A stretch of DNA of 62,853 bases, filler included, from Choristocarpus tenellus KU-1152 (taxonomy: Eukaryota; Protista; Phaeophyceae): the NCBI GenBank assembly GCA_964200185.2. It is 13 parts of 13 records of this genome, joined end to end, with 100 filler letters (N's around TTAATTAATTAA, not from the genome) between each part and the next. Parts side by side here need not be neighbours in the genome. Positions count along the whole stretch, not along the records: positions 36,705 to 41,122 come from CAXNAD020014644.1; positions 41,223 to 47,968 come from CAXNAD020007446.1; positions 48,069 to 52,900 come from CAXNAD020012889.1; 10 more parts are not named here. One strand, written 5' to 3'. A program made the translations under genes and the position numbers. The notes under the pieces were generated by a model that saw only the letters and a program-made list of their open reading frames with translations, had not been told where the DNA came from and did not search any database. Numbering within the stretch: position 1 is the first letter of the stretch; every line of letters starts with the position of its first letter. Shown here piece after piece: positions 37,155-48,793 of the stretch.

Positions 37155-40100
37155 CTCTTGTCCATGCAACCTTCCTGTTCCGTCGTCATTCCACAAAGGT
37201 GCTTTCGACCCGCCACAGTCTGCTTTCGGACTCTTCCCACTTCGGGACACAGAGATCCTCCTGCAGCAGATTGCGCTCTTGAAATCGCCAAGTGTCAAGT
37301 ATCCTGTTCCAGAGACGTCCATCTGTTGCAGTTCATGCAAATGGTGACACAGATATTATATATATATATTATTATCTCAAGGCCAAATCATTCTTACTCC
37401 TCTGATCTACCGTACTTTTGTACATACAAAAAAAAATCTCGTATCAAATCAATAACTCTGGTACACACAGCAGTTAACTGAAAAAAATATATATTTTCCA
37501 TTTATTGGTTCTCGCACGTATACATGCATGTTGCACCACTGTATTGAGACTAACCAACAAGCAATTACATGTTATTAACATAACCCTTACTCTTCTTGGG
37601 TTAAACCCTTCTGTACAATGATGATACCACGGCTGTACAAAATCTCTTTTCATTATATTCACAAAATCAACACAATAAATGAAAAAGTAAAAGTAAAAAA
37701 AAAGCCTCCACAATGCACAACAAAATGATCCTTCATCTGTCACACCAACCCTCAACATCTCAACAACACTTCTTTATGTTGCAAGATAGTCCTCCTTGCC
37801 TTGAGGAAGTCCAGTTCCAATTCAGTGATTTGTTGAGGCTCATATGACTGTGCCACCAGCTCCATTGCAACTCTTTCCATTTCAAGGAGGACAAATAGTT
37901 CATCGAGGGGATTAGAGGACAGCATAGCACAGGCGTTTGAAGGAGGTAGAGAGGACTGGTGATACAAATGATGTAGTGGTATTGTCAGCATAGGGAAGAT
38001 GGTACAAAATAGATGGTACAAGACCAAAGGCCATTCTACTGGTCAAAATGTCGATTAATGTATTATGTTCTCCACCACACTACACCTCAGAATTATTTGA
38101 AACATGTATTGGCAGCAGCAACATATACTAAACAAAAAAAATCTACAATTCCTAGTTTCAAACACCAGTGATAAAAATAATTTTTCCTAACTTGAAAAAT
38201 AATTTGAAGTACAAAAAACACTGCACAAATCTTGACACGCCCCCACACGCCCCCCCCCCCCCCCCTACCCCCCACACCCAAAACAACACCCAACACAAAG
38301 CAACACAAAGACACTCCGANNNNNNNNNNAAAAATTTTTTCTATATAAAAAAAAAAATTGAAAAAAAAAAAAAACCGCACAAAACTACACACCCCCCCCC
38401 CCCCCCCCCCCTCATGAATCAACAGCTTCAAGAACCAGTCACAACAGCCACTTCATGCCCTATAACAGCAGCAATCATTGCTCACTCTCTCCATCCCATC
38501 CCCCCAATATGACCCCTCTCTACAGATACAACACAAAACAGTGAACCCTTTGAATCCCCCGCGGTGGTTGTAACATGTCTTGAAGGAGAACACATCCGTA
38601 CAACTCACTTCTTGAAGATGTTGGCAGATTGGAACTTCTTCATGGCCAATAGGGCTCCCTTGCCCAACGGACGACCTGTCAGGCTCTCCAACTTTGCCTT
38701 GGCCCTCTTGATCCAAGGGTGTTCCATGGCCTGCTTTGCTGTGATGCGCTTGCTGGGATTCTTGACCAGGCACTTGTCAATGAAGTCCTTGCACAAAGTA
38801 GAGACACCTTCAAATTTCTGGTGGTAGGATGGGGGATGGATGGGATTGGTGGGGGGGAGGGGGTAATGGGAATGAATCTGGAAATTGGGATGGGCATGCA
38901 GCAAGAAAGCATTTATTGAGAGTGTTCCATGTGACTCAATAGGTATGAAATGAAGCAGAGATGTATACACTGTATCATACAACTCACTAGAAAAAGGTAC
39001 TGCATGTTGGGTAACGGGTCATGCAAGATATCCTACTTATTTACTTTTATATATTCACAATCAAAATAGTATGCAAATTACAACTTAAATACTCACCATT
39101 ACTCTAAAAAAACAACACTCAACACCCTCACACACCGGCAAAAGTGATTCAGTTGGAGTATAAGTTACAAGTGCAGTGTCCCAGATGATACAGTGCAATC
39201 AGCAAAAAACCAAATCTCCCAGTGTCAAAAGGCCATTGCATAGCACATATCTTCATCCCTTTGTTACTCCCTCCTGTTAACCAAACCCATATCATTGAAA
39301 AAACATGAACTCAAAGTAAGTCATCACACCAGGCTGTACAACCACATTTCACACGGTCATTCTTCAAACCATTGTCCATTAAACTCATAAACAAATGAAA
39401 CAACCTTCCACCTCTTCAGGATACTTGTGTTTAGCTGTCTTCACCAGGTGACCAAGGACATCTGCATCTTCAGAGTAGAATGGGTAAGAATTGGAGACCA
39501 GCTCGTATGTCATGACCCCAACAGCCCATAGGTCACACGGCAAAGCGTGCTTGTCTGCTTTCACCATCTGGAGACCAGAACAACATACACATATGAAATC
39601 ATTAGCCCATGAAATGCGGTGGGTGGAGTCACACAGGGTGAACATGTAGAACCTGCAAGTACAGGAATTCCATAAACTACTATACTGGTGTACTACAAAA
39701 GGATGATAAACATGTGACTTCAGAAAAGATGTGAACAAAATTGTACTTCACACCAAAACAAACGCTTACACAGTACAGTAGGGGACTTTTAGGAAGGTTT
39801 GAAAATCTAAACGGCTCCAGAGCACCCCACAATACAATTAAAAAATATTAACTCTAGGGTTGTGGGGGGGGGGTCAAATTGGTCAGAGTAATAATACACT
39901 ATAGTGTAATCATTACAAGCTCGGCTAAACAATGAGAAATGAGTACATTGACCTCTTCCATCCTTCCAAAAAAAAACTATTTCACACACAGTCAAATATA
40001 GAACTACCACATTACCAACAGGGACAATGACATTGTATCAATGTGTGCATCAGTAACATCTCAAATACTAATCTAACAAAACCAGAGGCTGGAGTGCTAC

Positions 40101-40715
40101 CAAGGTTAATCCAGCCACCATAAACAGTCATGTGCACTCCTCATATCTAGACCTGCTCACAAACCATTTAAATCGTCTTGATGTGATATAAAACAGCAAA
40201 CCTCTGATTTTATTTAAGTTCCAAGATACCACTGGAGCACTGTGGTAGTTGGTTGGTTGCACAACCAAATGCCCCACTCACATAATGGTATCTCAATCTT
40301 TGATATATGATAATGTCTGAGAGGGTGACATCACTCCAACAGCGAATAAAAACAAATACGCCTCATTCTCATGTAAAGGACCACCTTCACTAACGGACTC
40401 CAAATTAAAAAAACAAGAGAATAATCCAGACAAAACAACACCAGAGACATCATAATGTATCATGTAATACGACATCATTTCAAAAGATACTTCAAAGTGA
40501 CAGCACATGTTTTAGTAAGAGAATAGGAACACCTTCAAGACACACACACACACACACACTCTCACCTCCGGAGGGACATACAGTCGTGTACCCACAAAGG
40601 CCCTGGAGGTGATCCCACCCTTGAGATTGGCACACAATCCAAAGTCTATCACCTTCACAATGGGAACACTCGAATAATCCTCAAACATGCAGTTTGATGT
40701 CTTAAGGTCACGGTG
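37155..40715 (-). CDS. Calcium-dependent protein kinase (CDPK-like), internal exons
   Basis: Exons 40715-40566 (HRDLKTSN..IDFGL..VGTRLYVPPE), 39567-39412 (CDLWAVGV), 38817-38609 (CKDFIDKCLVKNPSKRITAKQAMEHPWI plus junction MKKFQSANIFKK), 37872-37800 (VAMELVAQS..ELELDFLK) and 37322-37155 (EF-hand MDVSGTGYLTLGDF). Phases are consistent. Confidence 0.88.
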
Positions 40716-41235
40716 CTGTGGACACGGTGGGGTAAGGTAGTGGGGGTAAGGGGGGTCAAGAAGTACCTGATAACAAGGTGTGGTTGCTCCAATGGGGGAG
40801 GGAAGGGATTCAGCTACAGTACCAGCAATAGCATTGCTGTAATAAAAGAGGAACACATATCTACTACTTCGAAGCAGATCACATTGGCGCTCTGTCATGG
40901 AAAATTTCACAACGTGATGAAAGGCAGCCTATTCTAGTGCATTGTAAAATGACTGTTGTACAGCACAGTAAAAAACGCCCATCTAACTAGTACAAGCTCT
41001 GATGCTTGGTACTTCTAACAAAAAAAAGACACAAAATGCAAAGGTTCAAAAGCTGATAATGAAATCTTCTCACCCCTGAAAAAAAGTTTTTTTTTCAACC
41101 CCTTCCCTCCCCCATCCCCCCCNNNNNNNNNNNNNNNNNNNNNNNNNNNNNNNNNNNNNNNNNNNNTTAATTAATTAANNNNNNNNNNNNNNNNNNNNNN
41201 NNNNNNNNNNNNNNNNNNNNNNCCCCAGATACTTT

Positions 41236-42070
41236 GACCCCGACCAAGTCATGTTTGACAGGGTTCAAAAACCTCGTGAAGCTGTCAAAGCAAGTGTTTA
41301 TTGGGATGCTCAGGATGAAGGCCCCTTGTCGTTTGAGCAGCTTGCTCATCCCCATTGTCGCTTGTCGATCCCAATTGTTCGCCCAGAAGCCCGTTTGGGT
41401 CAGAAATCAAAGACCTCGATGAAGAACAGCGTGGTGGCACAATTCCTGGAGGCTAGAGGGCGCCAGACTCGGATGCCTTGGGGGACAGCAACGGTCATTG
41501 CGGAAAACTTCGGAATTTCCTGTATAACCGTGTTTCGTGATATCTGAAGCAGTATGAAAGCCAGATTGCACTGGGTGAATGCATGGACCTCGTGAGCCAA
41601 AGTATCTTAGAGGGTAGAGTCGTGTCCACGTGGGGGCCAAAATCCAATGTTGCGATTTTGATGGAATTTTGGCCATCGTGTTTGTTACGAAGTGTCAATA
41701 TCCATGTTCTGGACACACCTTTTCATAACGTATATACATTTTACCTACTCCGAAACATTTTGGAGTAGGAAAATGTAATAAAAAAAACACAGGAAGCCAA
41801 GCCCCAAATGGACAAACAGGGCAAAATTCACACCCTCTAAGATACTTTCACTCTTGTAAGATGTCACAAGGGGCGATGTGGTCACCATACAAGTATCCTC
41901 GATGTTTGGGATATCCCATTGGTACACCGCACATCCTTCTACAAATGGGTGACCAAAGCTGGGACCTCCCTTGCCTCGTTGTGGGATCTGTGCAAGCGTG
42001 AGAAGGTGAAGAAGGTCAAGGGAAGGGCTAAGCCAATCCTCTCAGACCAGCAGAAAGCCGACAGGGTGAG
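41236..42070 (+). pseudogene. Tc1/mariner-like transposase N-terminal relic interrupted by a MITE
   Basis: RMPWGTATVIAENFGISCITVFRDI (HTH-like) before the MITE and KAKPILSDQQKADR after it, resembling plant/oomycete mariner N-termini. Stops and frameshifts are present. Confidence 0.5.
41594..41853. mobile_element. MITE family A copy
   Basis: tcgt|GAGCCAAAGTATCTTAGAGGGT...ACCCTCTAAGATACTTTCACTC|ttgt (4-bp TSD, one mismatch). Confidence 0.88.
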
Positions 42071-42627
42071 TTGTTGGGACAAAGTATCTTAGGGGGGGGG
42101 GTGTCGGCGTCCGTTTTTCACTCTCTTTCGAGTTTTCCCTTTTTGGTGTGATTTGGTCGAACGTGTCGGATTTGAGATGTCAGCAAAAAAAGACTGTTGG
42201 TTAGGTTCGTTTCTATCCTTTCGTAGTAGGTATAACGGGGATGTATGCCACCATTTGATAATCGGGTTTTGATTGGGGGAGGAGTTTGTACGTTTGCATG
42301 TGTCAGATGTCGAGTCTGTTCGAATAGGTCTATTGGTTTTTGTGTGTTGGTTGCGCAGTTATATGATAAAGAAGAAGAGATGTACTTGGGAGGCTTTTTC
42401 ATTTTTTTTTGTGTATGACTGGGATTTGGTTTGCACCCAAAGAGGGTTGCCAGTTAGGGTGTGTTTTGCCGTTGTTTACGAGGAATACAAAAAAATGATT
42501 TTGTCTGCTCAGGGGTTGCTCTGTTCGTTTTGGTTTGTTTGCATTGGTTGTTTATGAAACGATAACATAGAGGATTGTTTGTTTGGGTGTGTTCTCTCCA
42601 CGTGGGCACTACGAACCAAAACATACG

Positions 42628-42882
42628 GATATAAAGTGTCTGAGGGGATTAAAAAATGTCTAAATGGGGACCAAACACCAGAATTTTGATTTTGGTGTAT
42701 ATCTGGCTATCGTGTATGTTAGCAAGTGTCAGTATCGTTCTTCTGGACGCACTTTTTTCATAACGTATGTATGTTCCTAGTTAACGTTTCAGAGTAGGTA
42801 AATGTCATAAGAAAGGCGTTGGAAGTCAAGCACTAAAGGAACAAGCAGGGCAAAATTCGTGCTTTTTAAGACACCTTCACTC
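42628..42882. mobile_element. Degenerate MITE family A copy
   Basis: AAAGTGTCTGAGGGG...TTCTGGACGCAC.TTTTCATAACGTAT...CAGGGCAAAATTC..TAAGACACCTTCACTC aligns to 41594-41853. Confidence 0.65.
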
Positions 42883-43479
42883 TGTTTTTTGCACCGTTTA
42901 AGTCTATGACTTCTATTTGTTTGTGTGCGTGTGTTGGATGTTGTATTCAGTAAGACGTGGTTGTCGTCGCTGACGGTGTTAGGGTTGAAGTTGTTGGTAC
43001 GAGGCATGGCAAAAGGTGTCGACGGAAAACTTACTGTCAGGATATACGTACAGTATTGAAAATAATTGGGGGAGGGTGCGTGATCGTGTACAACGAATTA
43101 ACAATGGCTCACAGAAGGACAAGGTATTCATCGCTGCCCTTGGCGAAAATCATTTGGGAAGGCTAGCCGGGCGGATGGAGAAGAGTTGTTTGATCGATGT
43201 ATTATTTTTTAGGGATGTAACATTGCAGCAGACATGCTTTTTAAAACAAATGATAAGACAGGTCTGATCCTCATCGTGAGTATGATATATGATACGCTGA
43301 CGACTCTGACCGGTCGCTACATATATTTTGTTCCATTATCTAAATGCATAACTTGTGGGATGCAAAGTGCATGAACATCAGACTCTAACACCATGGAAAG
43401 ATATACTCATGCAATAATCTGCACAACCTGCAACTCTACCGGTACTTGAACAGAAAACCTGAACGACTGAAGCCCTATT

Positions 43480-45011
43480 TCAATTGCTGGGTGGACTCGA
43501 AATTGCATTCGTCACCCTTGTCCCACCACTCTGTGAGCTTAGGGTATGCCTCGACAAGAAGGTGCCATAGATTTAGGCGCATGGAGTACCTGGTGTTCTA
43601 AGGCTCGGGCTTCATGCGGCTCAAGAAGATAGCCTTCTTCGTCTGGAGCGCTTTCACATGCTCGGGGCACAACGTATTGCCTGCCCTTCCTCCACGATCG
43701 CCGAGTTTCACTTGCGTGGGCCCATGTACGTAGCACTCGTCCCCAAAAAGAAGAGAAGCGGCCCCTTTACCAGCCTTCGCGAGCCTGAACCCGTGATCGT
43801 AAATGACTTGGGTTAGGATTTGCGTCTGCACTCGATATTGTGTCGAAGCAGGTTTCGTTGCAGATCGTAGGAGCTCGGTGACGCACGCCTCCATGAAGGC
43901 TTCGGTGATCCTCACATCGGACGAATCGCCGGTGTCGGCCGCGTCATGTGTGACGCAATCCTCCTCACCACGAGATGAGCTTTCGTCGTCATCGTCGTCC
44001 GTCGATGTGAGAGAACATGGAGGTACCGTGCATCTGCCCATTTTGGCAAAAGCGAAGACATCATCGAGGAAGTCAGGTTCTAATGCGCTGCCATCAGGAT
44101 CAACAGGTTGTTTCAAACGTTTCGTCTGTCCAGCATCCTCTCTCGCCCTCTTTTTCCTAATTACTGTCCTAGAAACCTGGACTTCGGGCATCACACCATG
44201 GTTGTACATGTTCCAAGGCACCTTTGATCATCGTCGCTGCTGCCCACCGAATGGGTGTTTGGAGACATCCCTGTTTCACTCTGGACAGGCGTAGACTCCG
44301 AGTCCTTGCCTCGCGACCCCCTCACGTCCTCCACAGGAAGTTCCTCTGGACATGTGAAAGAGGACCTGTCGGCTCCGTCCCCCTCGTCTTGGGATCTTCT
44401 CTGACCCTCCTTTTCCTAATCAGGATCCTTTTTCGCTTCCCTTTTTCCTTCTTGGAAGGCTTCTTCGTGGGGTTTTTGTTACAATCAATATGTACGCTCT
44501 TTTCGCTTGGCCTCATATTGTGGTTGTAAACGTTCACCCTCTCTTATGAGTGACAACAGCATACGGTTGTCCTCAGCACCATTATGCGGTGTTGTCCGTT
44601 CAGGCAAAATAAGAGGATGTCGTCGTCATCTATATCCCTCTCGTCGCCATTCTCGTCTATGTCGAGGTTGCCGTTGGTGATGTAGGTTGCAAGTGGATCG
44701 CCATCAGGCACATCAGAGGGCACGTTCGCCCTGCGCATGTCGGCTTTCATGTCGCTTATGGTCTTCCATCTGTAGCACTTGGAAAAAGGCTGTCTACTCA
44801 GGATAGCCGCCAGCCTATCGGTAGCGACAACTGGGTCCGACCCTAGCTTGGAGAACATGGACTCCACTCGATTGGTGTCCAGGAGGTTAGCATTATACCT
44901 CTGTGTCATGTAGGCAGATGTTGCAAGGTCCATCGTGCAGGTGGCGCTGATGTTGGACATTACGATATATGTCGTCCGTAGGTCTTCGGTAGTTTTCGGG
45001 CCTCCGGTTGG
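43480..45011 (-). pseudogene. Decayed gene with ParB/Srx-like motif (LFCLNGQHRIMVL..RVNVY) and a basic/acidic low-complexity C-terminal part
   Basis: Acceptor cctcacagacag| at ~45012 precedes the open frame PTGGPKTTEDL..MSNISA..LFCLNGQHRIMVLR. In-frame TAA at 44544; further frameshifted segments at 44537-44322 and 44221-43598, and a protein-like continuation past the TAG at 43598. Confidence 0.5.
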
Positions 45012-45339
45012 CTGTCTGTGAGGACGGAGGGGAATGTTCGGACAATTGTATCAGCAAAGATCAATGATGCCCAGGAAGGGGTGGATGCGACGGTTAGCCG
45101 AGTGCATGAGGGGTATATTCATATGAACAGTGGTGGACCATGTGATTATTGATGACGCAGGTTCTGCACGGAGTGCGGTGTTCGTGTCCGTGAATGGGCT
45201 AAGCAAGGGAGATATGAAAAGAACGTAGCGATTGCGTGGAAATGGGGACGGCGTAACGCTTTCCTACCAGGAACCAATTTACCAAGAAATATGAAACTGT
45301 TAACGCGGTCGCCCTGGGATGGATATGAATATCAATAAA

Positions 45340-45995
45340 ACGTAACAATATCTGACACAACCCGGTGTGAACCTACGCGCAGATCAAGATCAGATATAGC
45401 AGGGGCAATCATGCACAGGTTTGCCCTTGACACTAGGCTGATAATAATGAATGAATTCCATGTGTTCTGACCAACGGCAAAGGCGATCAAATAAAGGAGC
45501 GCGGCTAGAAGGTCGAGGGTGTGTGTGTCGATTTGAACTTGTAACAACCCGAGCATGTAAACATTACGTCTAACCGAGAAAGGATAGAAGAAGATGAAAC
45601 GAATTAACGTGCTGACCCGGATTGGATGTTGGGAGAGGAATCACACACGGGTTTGTGCTTCACACTAGGCTGATAATAATGAATGAATTTCATGTGTTCT
45701 GCTGACCAACGGCAGAGGCCATCAAATTCCGTAGCACTTCCAAAATGGTTCGGGGGTGTGTGTGTCGATTTGAACTTGTAACAACCCGAGCAGATTAACA
45801 TAACGTCGAACCGAGAGAGTGATGGATGAAGATGAAAGGAATTTACGTGCTGACCCAGATGGATGTTGGGAGAGGAATCACGCACGGGTTTGCGATTGAC
45901 ACTAGACTGATAATAATTAATGAATTTCATGTGTTCTGACCAACGGCAGAGGCCACAAATTCCGTAGCATGTCCAAGACGGTTCGGGGTGTGTAT
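45340..45995. repeat. Tandem repeat, ~235-bp unit x3 (diverged)
   Basis: CACTAG.CTGATAATAAT.AATGAATT.CATGTGTTCTG..ACCAACGGCA recurs at 45431, ~45662 and 45900, with shared GTGTGTGTCGATTTGAACTTGTAACAACCCGAGCA. Confidence 0.9.
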
Positions 45996-46619
45996 GTATA
46001 TTTCCAATTTGAACCTTATAGGAAATGTTCCAAAAGTATCGGTGCCCTTACATGCGCATATTGAAGGTGCTACCACGTCATCCTGGACGGACGGATGTCG
46101 TGGCACGCGAAATTGCATCGTGGAATCTTCCTTCTATTTCGAACCAATTATCTGATTACTCCCATCGAAAGTGACAGCAACACATGTTCCAAATATCGAA
46201 AAAGGTTGGGTCAAATTCACTGTAGTGGCCCTTTCGTCTAGGAGCCTTTCGATTTATTCTATGACTACATTTTTGATCCGAGGTGAAATCGGTAAATTGC
46301 GGATTTCGATAAGTGTTGAAAATGTGGTGGGTTATTTATTTCTCTCGGGGCTAGGGTTGGTATCATGGGTGCTGGTCGTAATATGTTAGTGGTAGGGTTG
46401 CGTTAATTTTGTGTGATCGAATTCGAATGTTGCTTTTTTGCTATAATTATTGCCCTCTTTAATTTGTGGATATGTGAATATAACCACATGACCAACACTC
46501 CTTTCCCAATATTGTACATATCTAAAAAAGGTTTCGAGCAAAGGTATAAAGTCCTTCATTAACTGTGTCCAGTGGAGCCCCAAAAGGACAGACAGGGAAA
46601 ACTGGTGCCCTGTAACATT

Positions 46620-47968
46620 GAGCATCGAATCTACAAATGCTGGAATCCCCACCGTGTAAGGGTCGTATGTACACGCTTTGGAGCACAAATAAGTACAGAG
46701 CATCGAATATAAAATGGTGATATCGCCACTGTGGAGAGGTGGTGGGTACATGATTGGGATCACACAAAAAAATACCGTTCTTCTGATCTAAAAAGGGTGA
46801 TATCACCACCGCGGAGAGGTGGCGTGCACACGGTTTGGAGCACAAATAATTACAGGGCATTGAAGCCAAAGATGGTGATATCACCATCATGGACGGGTGG
46901 TGTATACCCGGATGTAACAACAAATAATTACAGGACATCATCGAATCAAATAATGGTGGTATAACCACCATTATAGGGTGGTGTGAAGACGGTTGGGACC
47001 ACAAATAATTTGAGGGAATCGAATGTAACAGTGGGGATATCACCCACTGTTACGGGTGGTGTGCACCCCTTCGAATCAACGCAAGTAACCACATGAATAA
47101 CATCGATTTTTACTAATGGTGATATCATCGCCGTTAATTGTGGTGTGTACACGGTTGGGAGCACTAATAAGTACAGAGCATCGAACGTAAAAACCTTGGT
47201 ATCACCCACATGGACAGATGGTGTGCACCTCTTGGAATAAAGGCAAGTAGCCACATAACATCGAATTCAAAAATGGTGGAATCACGACCGTGGGCAGGTG
47301 GAGTACGCACGGATGGGACCACCACAAATAATTATAGGACATCGAATCCAAAAATGGTGATATAACCACCATTTACAGGTGGTGTTCAGAAGGTTGGGAC
47401 CACAAATAATTTGAGGGTATCGAACCTAACAGCGGGGATATCACCCACATATGGACAGGTGGTGTGCACCCCTTCGAATAAACGCAAGCAACCACGTAAC
47501 ATCGAATTTCAATAATGGTGCTATCATTATGCAATTAAGAAGTACTAAGTATATGAAATCGATCATACCAGATTCGAACACATATCACTTTCAGCACACG
47601 AAAAAAGGTCGATGACACTTATTTCACTTAGCCAACATTCCTGTTGTCCAGTAGTATTCACAAAATCCCTATAAACCATAACGACTATCAGCCTATATTG
47701 CACAATCATCACCGTGGACAAGTGGTGTGTACAAGGATGGGACCACGAATAATTACAGGACATCGAATCCAAAAATGGCAATTCAACCACCATTTGCAGG
47801 TGGTGTGTACACGCTTTGGAGCACAGATAATTTGAGGGAATCGAATACAAGATTGGGGATATCACCCCCACATGGACAGGTGGTGTGCACACCCTTTTGA
47901 ATAAACACAAGCAACCACATAACATCGAATCCAAAAATGGTCACATCACCACCGCGGAGAGGTGGCGT
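46620..47968. repeat. Diverged tandem array of 78-84-bp palindrome-containing units (>=15 copies, runs off the contig end)
   Basis: Unit starts at 46623, 46701, 46780, 46858, 46939, 47017, 47101, 47179, 47259, 47340, 47418, 47500, (~175-bp interruption), 47761, 47839, 47923. Consensus CATCGAATCCAAAAATGGTGATATCACCACCGTGGACAGGTGGTGTGTACACGGTTTGGAGCACAAATAATTACAGGG. Confidence 0.92.
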
Positions 47969-48793
47969 NNNNNNNNNNNNNNNNNNNNNNNNNNNNNNNN
48001 NNNNNNNNNNNNTTAATTAATTAANNNNNNNNNNNNNNNNNNNNNNNNNNNNNNNNNNNNNNNNNNNNAAAGAAGGGAAGGGAGGTGATGAGGGTGGGGT
48101 CAGGGGGCATGAGAGCTCTTATCTTTTCTAACTTCTTCCTCACAAACATAGAAAATAATAAATAAAAGAAAAGAAAGAACATTTTGTTTGACCTTGCATT
48201 GGGATACTCTTCCGACTATTGAAGAATAAAGAAAAACTCTCCTCGTGCCGGACAAGCACGTGTAACCCCACACTCTAACCACAACCCATGACAAACAAAA
48301 AATAGTTGAGTAATTCACACACATCCATGAAAAGTAACCAAGTCACTGTGACTAGGTTGTGATAGGTATGTTCTGAGTACCTGAAGGACGCTTTTGGTAG
48401 ACAGTGTTTCTGTCTACTGCAAACGTTCTTTTTCATAGAAACTCTTTCTTAGGGGGGGTTGGTTGCATTCCTGAGATGAGTATGTGCGTACTTCACAAGG
48501 TCCCAAGACACCTTTAAACTCAAAATAGTCAAAATCAATCTCTACCCCTAACCCCTCTCTTAAAAGAACACACATACTCATAGATAGTTGATAAATAAGA
48601 CCCTGTTTTAACTCCAAGGTTCCTCAAAAGGTCCTTCCAACAAAAAAACCCTTTCTTGCACTTTTCCACCTCTGAAGTCCAACCCTAACCCTAACACCTT
48701 ACATGCATGGCACTTTTAACATCACCTCTCACACGTGAAAATCAGGAACAGAAAATATTCCTCCTACTTGCAACTCCCAGGGCAACGCCTCAC

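Noticed and set aside
47530-47702. ~175-bp interruption of the 78-bp array with TGCAAT..ATTGCA ends
   Set aside because: Only 6 bp of inverted match and no clear TSD, too weak to call a transposon.
46620-47968. CRISPR-like appearance of the palindromic array
   Set aside because: Units are homologous over their full length (no unique spacers), no cas genes are visible, and the context is eukaryotic.
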